The notes under the pieces were generated by a model, which worked only from the letters and a program-made list of their open reading frames with translations, did not search any database and was not told the origin of the DNA. From NCBI RefSeq assembly GCF_000143415.4, contig NW_003314288.1:332002-396001 (forward strand): DNA of 64,000 nucleotides. The letters are read 5' to 3'. Source of the stretch: Selaginella moellendorffii (Eukaryota; Plantae; Lycopodiophyta). Shown here piece after piece: positions 1 to 11,229 of this stretch. The first letter of the stretch is position 1. Each line of letters starts with the position of its first letter. The position numbers and the translations under genes are program-made.

Positions 1-2353
1 GTTCAATGCCATCCACTGGCAGCCACACTGTGTCCCATTCTCTCATCTTGTACCTCATCACTGGAGCACCGTCACGCATGCTGAAATGAAACTGAAGAGG
101 CTTGGAGTGGCCAATCAGCGTTTCGGATCCGTCCCTGATGTAGCCTCTTACAAACCCCTTAAAGTCTGGAACCTCTGTCACAAGTGCAGCTTCAACAATG
201 CCTTTGATGCAATTTTGGAATTCATCGTAGAGTTGTGGGAGGGTGAGGACATTGGATCGCCGGAGGGACTCTGCCAGGTGACTGAACATGGCATCGACGT
301 CTTCATGAGTGTGCCCAACCATGAGAAAGCCAAGTGTAACCGTTTCAAATATGCCTTTGGCAACAAGCATCGCCAAGTACGCGAAGACGTACATGTTTTT
401 GTTCTCACTGCCAGCATTGTCTGTTTGGAGCAGAAGATGGGGTGGAAGGCCACATCGGCCGCAAGAACTTCCTTGAGATTCTGCTTCGTTTGGATGAGGC
501 TGTGCATTCACCGGGCGACCAGCCTCGTCGGAATGGCATGAGGCCTCACGTGATAACCCTACAATCTGACGGCCAACATATTCACTGGGATGGCATGGGG
601 CCCCATGCGATACTGCAAGCCTTTGCTCCTCCTCCAGCTGAACCCTGTATGGGGTTCGATCGACAAGGGCCTTATGCAAGGGTTGGCCGTTCAGCTCAGT
701 CTGCGCACTTTGCAGAGACCTTAAGTGTTTTGCTAGGGACGCAATCATCATGTTTGCACCCCCGCCACCCCATAGAGGTACAAAGAAGTTCCCATAGTTC
801 TGGGCACCATGCCCATGAGCGATTATGCCAAACAGAGACACAGGCAGCTGCATGGATGAAGAGATTGCCTTGGGGGCAGGATTGAGTCGAGGTAAGCACG
901 TCTTTTTCTGGTCCATTTTGTCGTGGATGATGCAGAGGTAAGAGTCAGGTCTCTCCATGGAGAGAATCCTGTTATGATAATATGCAGTCCTGCAGCTTCT
1001 CTACTCGATGTTGTGGTCGAGCCGCCTTCTAACCAACGTCTCTCGCTCTTGAGCACTGCAAGAATTCTTCGACAAAGCCATTTTGATAGCAGTGCACTCG
1101 TCACACTTTGAAAAGCTGGAGTACTTTCCTATACTCACATCCCTGAACCTGTTGCTCCACAATCTACTAAATCAAGATTGGCTCAGCTTCCTGTAGCCAT
1201 TACTCTGGAGTTCCCAATTCACATCTTCCAATATGGCCCCGTTGGTATACATGGAAGGGAGAACTCGTTGGGTGTCTCGTGTTCCATCTTCCAAGAGGCG
1301 GGTTTTATGTGGTTGTTGCTCGCTACATGTCTCGACAAACCTCTTGAAGATTGCCTCTCCATATACAACATGACCCCTGGTTTTGTGCGTACCGTCGTTC
1401 CCATGGATTGCCTGTTGAACCCTTTGTTCCTCGAACTCAGTTTTGATTCTGTAGAATGTGCTTCGAGGGACTCCATAAATGATTCTCCATGCCTTCATGC
1501 AGACCAAACCCCTCTGGAAGACCATGCACCCCACCTAATGTTCTGAAGCATCAACAGATGACCGTAATGCCTCATACACAAAATTGCGAGCTGCCTTCCA
1601 GGACAATGTCTTGTATCTTGCTCTCTCCTCTTCAATAGCATCCCAATCAGCATGTTGACAGCACCTCCTCTTGCAACAAGCAACTGTCGAGACCATTCGA
1701 ACCTCCATCGCCATTTTCTGCCTTTTCGGTTCGTTGCTCAGATCCCTTTGGCTGCGCTGTAGGAAGGTGTACTTTCTTTTCCCATGAAGAGATGTTCTAT
1801 CATTAGTTGTAGTGGTGTTTGATTGTGAATCCTTCACATTCTCAAACACTAAATGCCTCAATTTCCACCGCACAATGCTTCCAATAGTCAGACTGTTTTC
1901 TTCTGTGTCAACAACCTCTAAAATCGCAACTCCAATATCATCCCAGCCCAATTCTTGATTAGCAACCGCATCTCTTGGATCGACAACTGTGGCTAAGCCC
2001 TCAGCTACCACCTCCCCCTCGGGGTTGTTTAGAAACACCTTTGCCTGAATCCATGTAGCACGGTTCTTAAGATCCACGGAGGGAACATGCGTCGCACTTG
2101 CGCTGTCCCCAACATCTGCTTTCTTCTGCAGATTTTTCAAGGCAACAACAACATTTACCCCGACGACCATCTCTCCTCGTTCAATAGCGACCACATTCCC
2201 ATCGAAGACAGTCTCTACTGATACAGCAGCATTGCCTTCCCCAAGCCTTTGACAGTGTATAACAAAGTTCCGATCCATAGATACAAGGGTCCCTTTTGCA
2301 ACTCTCTTCCCACCATTCAAAATGTAAACCTTTTCCCCAACCCTGAAGACCAT
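1..2353 (-). pseudogene. Sola-like (DUF7869-type) DDD DNA transposase, 3' end outside the window, with three in-frame stops
   Basis: One continuous minus-strand frame runs from ATG 2353 to the window edge, broken only by TAG 1535-1537, TGA 1172-1174 and TAG 1001-1003. Motifs read in that frame are CCKRRCC, VCMKAWRIIYGV, FSKCDEC, IIHDKMDQKK, LLLQTDNAGSENKN and FLMVGHTHEDVDAMFS. The N-terminus has two copies of a VA(K/E)G...LG...V module. Confidence 0.8.
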
Positions 2354-2975
2354 TCTGAAAGTGCAGAAAAGAAGTTAAGACCATACAAAAAATGATTGGA
2401 GAATGGCCTAAATCATAACATACCAAATAGCATGAGGCCACATGCCATTATTCAAACATGCTATTGACACCCACGTGAAATTTCGCATTCACAAAATTGA
2501 CATGAGCCCTCATGCCATTAGTGGTACCACTAATGGTATGAGGCCTCACGCTATCTTTGGCCCCTGCTANNNNNNNNNNNNNNNNNNNNNNNNNNNNNNN
2601 NNNNNNNNNNNNNNNNNNNNNNNNNNNNNNNNNNNNNNNNNNNNNNNNNNNNNNNNNNNNNNNNNNNNNATTTTTGTGTGCGTGACTAATCACCCATACA
2701 AAAATATATACAGTTGCAGCAAGGCAAAAGGAATATGGCAATAGGCTAGCAGGGGCCAAAGATGGCATGAGGCCTCATGCCATCTTGATATACACACAGC
2801 TGCAGGCAAGTAAAAACATACATGACAATACGCTAGCCATGAAATTGCAAGGGCCCAAGATGGCATGTGGCCTCATGCCATTTCTAAATGTGGTCCTAAA
2901 CCATTCCATGGTGAACATACCAGGAAGCACAAGTGCCGAATATCAAGAGGAAGCGGTAGCCACACCAAAGACAGT

Positions 2976-3100
2976 GCCGCTCGCAACACCGCAACTACTC
3001 GTAGCGCCGCTCGCAACACCGCAACTGCTCGTAGCGCTGCTCGCACAAACTGCCACTCGCATAAACTGCCGCTCGCAATGGCGCTCACAATGCCGCAACC
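2976..3100. repeat. GC-rich ~30-bp tandem repeat (CCGCTCGCAACACCGCAACT(A/G)CTCGTAGCG) upstream of the transposase
   Basis: Two near-perfect units plus degenerate partial units are directly visible. Confidence 0.75.
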
Positions 3101-3904
3101 GCTTGTAGATGCATAAACCACAGCTCACAACGCCGCTTACACAAGCAGCGCTCACTGCGCTCAGCGGAACCAAGAACACGGCGCACAAAAATGATAGACC
3201 TAGGTATGAGTTCGAGAATTCAAAAATAACACACGCTTGAACGTCACATCAAATCCTCTGACAAACCAGATCTTATGATTCCTCTGACAAATTTCAAACT
3301 GAGTAGCTTCTAGACTTTGCTGTCGGAGGTTGAACTTTGTCACATCATGTCCTTGCCTCGATCCAGCTGTGCCATGTCAGTGATTCGAACTTTGCCATGC
3401 CATGTCAGCGATCCGCGCCAAGATTATTCGCCGTGTAAAGGAATAATTATGCTATGTGTGTACGTCCATTTATGGCAATATAAGGCCACACGCCATTCAA
3501 AGAATAATGCTAGTCGAGCATTTTTTGGTGCATTTTTGGGTTCAGAATTGCATGAGCCCACACGCTATAAAGTTTACCTGTACCAAAAATAGAAACAGCT
3601 TTATTTACTTGGGAATTTAAGTGGTTGAGGCATTTTTAAACTTACAAACACATGCCCTACTTACATTCATTTGGTTGCTTAAAATTCAAAAATATTATAA
3701 ACCTTTCTTTTTGCATTTTCAATGTTTTCAATTATGGTTTTTGATTTTCGCAGGACCAGCCTAGTAATCTATTTGCATCCCGTCATGTTTATAGCTAGCT
3801 TTCATTTGTCCCCTTCGCTGGCCTGAGATACATCTGCTCGGAATCTGCCTCTTACAGCATTTGCCCAGAAAGGGCATCTTTCTTCACGTAGCATTTGCCA
3901 CATG

Positions 3905-3936
3905 TTTAGGGTTAGGGTTTAGGGTTTAGGGTTTAG
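3905..3936 (+). repeat. Short interstitial plant telomeric repeat (TTTAGGG)n, telo-box-like
   Basis: TTTAGGG TTAGGG TTTAGGG TTTAGGG TTTAG. Confidence 0.85.
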
Positions 3937-4826
3937 CAATTCAGTAGCTTGATAAACATGCAAATACAGAACTTGATGCAAAATCCTTTGATATGTCACA
4001 ATGCCCCTAGGACCATAAACACATTTCAATAGAGAGGGTCCTTTCATTTCATAACTCCTTACGTGAAACCAGAGTTAGTGAAGTTGGTTTCTTGTGATCC
4101 CGCATCTGATTGTGATGTCCCTTTGCAGTGTCGATGGAAAGGTCAATGCACACCAAACTGTAGAATCTTGGAGCAAAATAACGGTCGGATCTATGGCAAA
4201 TGCCCCTGAAACATTGTAAGGCTCGTGTGGTCTCATGTGGTGTCTGATCGAGATGCTTCTTTGCAGGGTCATCAAGAAGGACATTGTATACCATTCTGTA
4301 AAATCTAGTTGCGATCTAACGGTTGAATCTCCAGGAAACTCAAAACAATCTCGCGCGTATTAGAATATTCTAGGAATATACTCCTATGTGCTCCTGAAAA
4401 TGGCATGCGGCCCCACGCCATTCAAGAGATAATGCCAGATGACGCCGAGCATTTTTTGGTGCATTTTTTGGGATCAAAATTGCATAAGCCCACACGCTTG
4501 AACGTCACATCAAATCCTCTGACAATTTATTTAGCTGAACATCTGGCATTTTTGGAAATACAAGATGCTTTGGAATATCCAATCATGCATGGTATAAATA
4601 TAGCGAGGGTATTAAATGATATCCCAATCATGATCTTTCTTTTGGATTTCGTGTGCATGCAGTCCGAGAAATGATGACGTTGTGGATTTCTTTTGGATTT
4701 CACGCATGCGCGCGCCGATCCAGAAATTAATGGTGGCGCCCAAGTCCGAGGAATGATGATGTGGCGGGATTACCAACCGTCATGACATTTCGCGCGTGTG
4801 AGGTTAGGTTTTGCATTTTGCTTCGT

Positions 4827-4960
4827 ACTCGCGCTCGCACACTCGCGCTCGCATCGCGCTCCCACTTCTCTACAGGTTTCTCGTGTGCATCGGCATCCAC
4901 TCGCGCTTGCATCACACTCGCGCTCGCATCGCGCTCGCATCGCGCTCGTGTGCATCGGCA
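4827..4960. repeat. CpG-rich CTCGCGCTCGCATCG repeats just upstream of the cargo gene start
   Basis: Repeated CGCGCTCGCA units occur from 4829 to 4948. Confidence 0.7.
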
Positions 4961-6069
4961 TCCACTTCAAGACACACCCAGTTTGTAACTTCGCCACCAA
5001 CTCCGCCGCCCACTCCGCCACCCACACGCAGCCCACTTGGCGTCCCGGGAGATTTCAGCACCACTCTCCAACTGTAAATGGCAGAGTAGCCTTGCTGCTA
5101 CGATCCGCTGCACACACAGTGCACATTCGCCAGCGAGTCCGGTTGTCACGCCTCCATTCGGCTTCAAATGGTAAGTCTTTTAGGCCAAGTAGAAAATGGC
5201 ATGAGGCCACATGCCATTCAGTAGCAACATTGGCATGCACCGATTGGGCTCTCGAGTGCAGTCCGGTTACAGATGGCGTGTAGCCTCACGCCATCTTAGG
5301 ATGCAGCCTCAAGACATCTGATGCAGTGGTGAATGGCGTGTGGCCTCACGTTATTTCCAGCTACTAGCTTTTCATCTGTCAGCTCTAATTGTTGTGCATT
5401 TCTGAACAGGCGAGGAATTGCGTTCTTCTTCCAGCCACTGTCAATGTGGATGCAGAGAAGGGGGAGGAGCTCACCAGTTGGACTTTCGGGATGGAAGGCG
5501 AGGATCTGAGGCTGTACAACACAGATGGTGGGAGAAAAGAATGCATGGGGATCCTCATCCAAGTGACAGACACTCCATGCAGTTCCATGCAAGAATATGG
5601 ATTGGCACTTGTGGTAGAGACAGCGTCTGCCTTCAAGATCCACCTTGCACATCCTAGCGGCTTCCCGGAGGGGGGCAGCGGCTATGAGGAATTCCTAGAG
5701 GGAGCTAGGGAGAGGTTGTCCAGGAGGCCCACAATTTCAAAGACGCTGCGGGTCTATGAAGATCACATGGAATCCACGGACCTCACCTACGGCGATGTTC
5801 AAAAACTATATTCCAACATTGAGCCGTTGAGAGTGACTCCAGTTCGCGAAGCAAAGGGGAAGGGGGTCGATCTGGAAACTACCCCGAAGCAGAAAAGGGT
5901 GGTCAAGCTCAAGCCGACGTCCGACTCTCCTGCTCCAAAAAAGAAGCTACTCAGTGATGCCATTGCCTCGGGTTCGAACACTACACCCACCAAAAAGAAG
6001 AGCCGCAAAGAGCAGAAAGAGCAAGAAGAGGTAGCAAAAATCGTCGCAGATAATAGTACTTGTTACTAT

Positions 6070-6465
6070 TCCAGCAAAGTATATACAATCGACGTGAGCC
6101 GTATCGACATCCAAAGCAAATACAACCACAGGCTAGTATCTGATGAGTGGGTGGAGAAACTGAAGCAGAAGATGCTGGCAAGTCCAGTAACACCCGACAT
6201 CGCAGACGTGATCCCCTACTACCGAACAATGAAGGGCGAGACGAGGTTTCCAGACTTGATCAATAGGAAGGTGTTGGACGATCAGAACATCCGGTTCTAT
6301 GCCGTCTCCGGGCAGCATTCTAGCTTGGCGATGCAAGAGATAGTTGTGGATATTATGGTGGGCGAGGAGGTGAAGAAAGTCTTCAAGACAAGAGTTGTCC
6401 GCCTGATAAAAGGCAACTCGCCCCTCCGATCTATCATATACATCTCCCATGCGCAGAATGTCAAG
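6070..6465 (+). other. ParB/Sulfiredoxin-like domain coding segment
   Basis: IDVSRIDI..YNHRLVSDEWVEKLKQKM...FYAVSGQHSSLAM...VVRLI resembles the ParB/Srx pattern R..s...v..L...i....y.v.GxHR..A. The final Arg is Ser here. Confidence 0.6.
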
Positions 6466-7299
6466 CAAGAAACGTGCTACAAATCGGGTCTGCACGAGAC
6501 ATTGGCACGAACACGGAAGCTCTGGGTTCAACTGAAGAAGCCACAAAAACCAGGACAAGGACGTGCACTAGCAACTAGCGCCTGGCAGGTAAGCCTCGTT
6601 GCATGTGGCATAGCATGTGGCCTCACGCCATTTCCATTGCAGGAATTCTCGAGTCTTCTCTCGAAAACACTGGGGGTCAATGACACACTCAGCATCCATA
6701 ACATTCTACTCGCGACAAAAGTTGTTTTTGACAAATGGGTAGATGTGCTGAGGAGGTACCATGACGGGGAGTTGCCAAACTCAATGGGTGTGGAGGACGG
6801 CCGGAAGCCCAATGATTTGAAGCTCAACGCCTTGCGTTTCTCGCGGTCTCTAGACGACAACGACCTTCTGACAGTGGCTAATGCTCTTCTACGTGGTGAG
6901 GTAGTCTTCAACAAGACCAAAATGACTCCCGGCCATATTGTGACATACGAGGACTTGTGCACGACTCTGAGAGCTCGTGCGCTATTGAAGGATTGGATCT
7001 TCGAGCAAGTGGCCGTGGAGAGGGTGAGCATCGACACCACGCAAGAAATGATGGAAGCGCTGGAGTTGTCAAATGAAGACATCAACGAGTACGTGAAGGG
7101 GGCCCCCAAGTTCATCGATCTGCTGCGGGATGCCACGAAAAGTAAAGCTGTGAAGTTGGATTAGTATCCAAATTTCATTAAGATTGATGTCAACCGCCGG
7201 CTTCAGAAACAGCTCGACCCCGCAGCAGAGGCCTATCGAGAACCTTACCGGGTATACTTGAATTCGGATGAGGATCAAAGGTGGAGGAGCATCGTTTCC

Positions 7300-7955
7300 C
7301 GCGGAGATGAGCAGGTCAAGAACATCTTTTGTGTGATGGACTTCACAAATGAGGAGATCACTCATGCAGATGAAGTCAGCTCCATCATTGACTTAATGGT
7401 GGGACTTGCGGAGGTGGAATCTTCAGTCCACTATATGATCTACGACTCCGAATCCTATCACAAGTTCTGGAAGGCCTTGAACGAGGTGAAGGCTCGGTTG
7501 AAAGGCAAGGAGATGCGGGAGATCCATGGGATAATGGCTAAGAAGAAGATACCGACGAATGTCCGCATCTTCACACTCGCCCTTGTTATTGGTCCTGCAG
7601 CAGAGTGGGACTGGAGTGACTTCCCAGCTTCGTTCGACAAGGCCAATCGAATTGATCTGAGGGAGGTCAATTTACCCGTGCCTGAGGATCTGAAGACGGC
7701 TATGGAGCTTTCGAATCCAAAGAAAGCTCCAGGTGCAGCATGGGAAATGCTCAGCTGGGTCTTCAACGCAATAGCAGGTGGGTCACCTGCTTCCGACTCC
7801 AAGGGCAAATGCGTTGTCGAGTACAACTGCGGCGGACTATTCTTTCGAGCCGCACTACTCAAGGGTGTCCCGTGTGTTGCGGTGACAAACTCCATTGAAG
7901 AGGTGACTTCAATGGAGCATATAATTACAGTTGCCAAAGAAAAACAGTATCTTCT
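7300..7955 (+). other. Degenerate beta-class amino-methyltransferase-like domain
   Basis: KKAPGAAWEMLSWVFNAIAG...GKCVVEYNCGGLFFRAALLKGVPCVAVTNS resembles the C-terminal K-P..l..li....gd.VlDpf.GsG...aa...gr..ig.e pattern of beta-class N6A/N4C MTases. No DPPY/SPPY motif is visible. Confidence 0.4.
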
Positions 7956-9947
7956 CTGCGAACCTGGTGAGTACACACTTTAAGTTTAAATGTTATCTCA
8001 CAAGCTCTGTATGCAGGAGCGTGGCCACCCCCAGATGGTGAAACGGCGTTAACAGCTACTGTTGAAGATACCCATGTTGGGCCGAGCTCACAACCTGCAC
8101 AAGGTAAGGTCACGTGAGGCCTCACGCCATTTTGATTATAGATCGTTGTGAATATTCAGACACGAGGACTGAAAAGTGCACTGGTGGCGCATCGTAGAAG
8201 GACAAACAGACAAGCAATAGGAAAAAAGGAGGTACAAATTATATTTGCAATGGCATGTGGTCTCATGCCATTCCTTGGAGGAGAAACTTCTTCAAAGGCA
8301 AAACAGGCAAGCACCAGCCAAGCTCAAACTGACAGTGGTCATAAAAAGCGAAAGCACGTTGGACAGTCGTCGAGATCAGAGGCGTTTGATTCGAAAAGGA
8401 AGAAGGGCAACGAAAAGATGATAGGTAATGCCTCGCGGTTATGGCGTGTGTGCTCATGCCATTCATTGTAGATCAAGGGCTGAGTGAAAGCAGGCAGTCA
8501 CCACCTCATGACTCAGATTCCTATGGCGGACTCCCCTTCCCCAATCTCAATGGAGAGGTACAATGGATGAGGGAAGCTTTTCAAGTCAGAGCCACATTTT
8601 TCTCATCTCGTCGTCTTCGAAGGGTGCAAGAACGTGCAGAAACCATGTTAAAACAGTCGGGTGAGGATACGGTCCTAGGTCACGCACTAAAACAGGCTAT
8701 GGATGTCTTGTATTTTGAGATGGAGACTCGGCCAGATGATTTTCCCAAGATGGTCCTGGAAGAACAAGCCATCCAGCCTGAGCAGCCTATGGAAGAAATG
8801 CAGGAGGGGGATGAGGAGCCAGAGAAAGATAATGAGCAGGAAGAGCAGAAGGACGAAAAGGAGGACAAAGAAGAGGAGGACGAAGAAGAGGAGGACGAAG
8901 AGGACTTGGATGGTCCTCACAATGGTGACGATCACAATAACGACGACAACGATGATGACGACGATGGCCAGCCTGAGGTGGCCAAAGAGCAGCAGAGGAA
9001 GGTCATACAAGACAAACCATCAGGTAAATAATAGTACATCCATTCCTAACCTTTTACCATTTCTAACATTGTCCATGTAGGTCGCAGAGCAAATGGTAAG
9101 TAGAGATTATTCAGTTGAATTTACAAACTCTAGCCTTTAGTGTCGAGGAAGGATAGTGCCAAGCAAGGGTCGAAACGTATGTCCAATCCTTCAAAATCAG
9201 CAGTGCGCCCAAGTGATATCGGTCCTAGTTCCTCAATAGCAGTTGATGGTAAATACAGTATAGTCGATTCAATGTGCTAATGAGTTTGTTTTTAGTAGCA
9301 CGGGAGGATACCATCTCAATCGAAGGGAGATATTTGGACATGCATATGGATCCGCCAGTGGACTCTACTTGGCTGCAAGAGTCATCAGAGCTGGTGGAGG
9401 CTACTATCCATATCAACGCCAAGCAAGCTGACCACGCTCCACTTGATGCTGCCCATACCACTGAGTCAATCTTGTCCACGTATCCAACTGACGGTGACCA
9501 GGCACCATTGGACCCACATGAGGCCGCCCCAGCTGCCGAGCCGGTCGTATCCTCATTTCCAATGGACCCAACGTGTGCCCAATCGTCTGACTACGCGCTG
9601 TTGGAACCTCCCTACACCGCCCCTGCTGCCTGTTCGGTCATGTCCACTTTGCCAACGGAGGCACCAGCTGAAATGGCGTGTGATCACACGCCATCGGAAC
9701 CACCCCATGCCACTGTTGAGCCAGTTGTACCAGAGTCTACAACTGAAATGGCATGTGCCCACACGCCATCGGATGCGATTGACCCCACATTGCAGAGGAG
9801 AGTATTTCCGCCCTTCACGTTTCCTCGACCAAAACCCTCTCAACGACCATCGGGAGCAACATTCGCTAATATTGTAGATGGTAAAATTGACTTGTACCAT
9901 TTTTTATGCTGACGCATTTCATTTCAGAGTCACGGCGAAGGTATTGT

Positions 9948-10420
9948 ATCGTTTTTGATCTGAACGGTGTCCTTTTCTCCCATGAGCGTGGCTCGTCCTC
10001 AAATGTCATTGCACCCTCCAAAGCCTGCGGTCGCAAGTTGGTCAAAAGAGACAGATTCACATTAATCACACGGGAGAAACTGCGGGATCTAATAATGACC
10101 ATGCGACACTTAAAACAGAGGGCCGGGTTCAATTTGCAATTGGGAGTTTGGACATCCATGATGCGCCACAGTGCATTAACGTTGCTACAGATGATGCACG
10201 ATCAGACGCGAGTAATATTACCATTTGACTTTCTCCTAACGCAGGAGGATTGCTTGACTATGGTCCATGTGAGGGGTAGCAAGCCTATCTTCGTCAAGCC
10301 AGAGGCTGTAGTGATGAACCGGACTGCTAGCTCAAGTGAAATCCTCATCATCGATGACTCGCCGATTAAAACTGCAGCGAACACGCACACATATGCAGTG
10401 CACCCCATCTCTTACAGAAT
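9948..10420 (+). other. FCP1/SCP (NIF) family HAD phosphatase domain
   Basis: Motifs IVFDLNGVL, LGVWTSMM, IFVK and ILIIDDSPIK. Confidence 0.85.
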
Positions 10421-11229
10421 GGAAACTAGGGAGAAGAAACCGTATGTTCTGGGGGACCTTGCAAAACGGCTTGGAGCGATGGTGATAGAGAACCGGCCAG
10501 TCCAGGAGGTGGCTGCAGAAATCAACCAAATGGCAGATGGAACGGTATATCAGAAGCCATTTGATCGGACAGACACCAGTCATCATTTATGGCATGTATA
10601 TTGTCTAGCCAAGCACTATCCGCATCTCCATAATCTGCTCAACCGGATGGGTTCTTCGACCACTGAACATGAGCGTGGACGTATTAGAGAAGAGATGGCA
10701 TTACTATTGGGTTTAAATCCTGATAGTGTGGAGAGTGATGAAATTCCAAGAATATTGTATAGGCGTTGGAGGCAAAAAATAACAGTCTGAGATGGCATGT
10801 ATTTATTTAAAAATGTAACTTATTATGGCATGGGGTTCCATGCCATTGTATTAATATTAAAAGACAATTCTTTGAGAGGATTTGCATTATACTAGAAGTG
10901 TTACAGCATGTTATTGGAAGTCTACGAAGTTGTTTTATTAATAATGGGAAAGTAAAGATTGAATGGGGACTTGGGCTCCACCTAGACTCGGAGCAACTGA
11001 GCCAATATTAAAAGGATGGAAAGAAATTGGACGACGATGACAAGGAGAAGAGAGAGGTGAAGCAGTGGCAGGGGGAGGAGAAGTGATTGAGTAGACATTT
11101 CCTTGTTTAAAATAAAATGGCATGTGCCTCAATGCAGTTGAATTTTGTTATATTTATATACTATATAAAGGTTTGGAAACCTTATTTTACAAGTGGGATA
11201 ATGACAATTCCCACTTTAACGAAATAGAG

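Larger units (their letters stand above)
5168..10790 (+). pseudogene. 11-exon gene of ~1650 codons: ParB/Srx-like domain, degenerate N6A/N4C-methyltransferase-like domain, acidic low-complexity linker and FCP1/SCP-type HAD phosphatase; two in-frame TAG stops
   Basis: Hand-built model with GT-AG introns and consistent phases: exons 5168-5170, 5410-6588, 6643-7966, 8017-8103, 8142-8231, 8281-8424, 8472-9023, 9081-9095, 9141-9248, 9296-9880 and 9928-10790. They sum to 4950 nt, which is divisible by 3. The only disruptions are TAG 7162-7164 and TAG 8195-8197. Confidence 0.7.
533..11138. repeat. Dispersed 22-bp palindrome ATGGCRTG-N6-CAYGCCAT, about 20 copies
   Basis: Copies start at 533, 590, 2427, 2497, 2533, 2762, 2860, ~3472 (gapped), 3547, 4400, 5196, 5273, 5333, 6610, 8109, 8250, 8441, 9673, 9748, 10825 and 11117 (partial). 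2759-2786 is a perfect 28-bp palindrome. Confidence 0.92.
1..11140. mobile_element. Large two-gene DNA transposon (transposase plus divergent cargo gene), boundaries approximate
   Basis: The transposase and the multi-exon gene are head-to-head and share a dispersed 22-bp palindrome that marks out the region. No TIR or TSD could be verified because the left end is outside the window. Confidence 0.6.

Noticed and set aside
86-885. Plus-strand ORFs 86-541 and 442-885
   Set aside because: They are antisense shadows of the transposase frame.
1001-8197. Stop-codon readthrough or U-to-C editing restoring the element's ORFs
   Set aside because: This is a nuclear locus with spliceosomal introns, and mutational decay is the simpler explanation.
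533-11138. Dispersed palindromes as a CRISPR array or true parS sites
   Set aside because: Spacing is irregular (tens to thousands of bp), there are no cas genes, and the context is eukaryotic. The sequence is unlike the bacterial parS consensus, so only an analogy is claimed.
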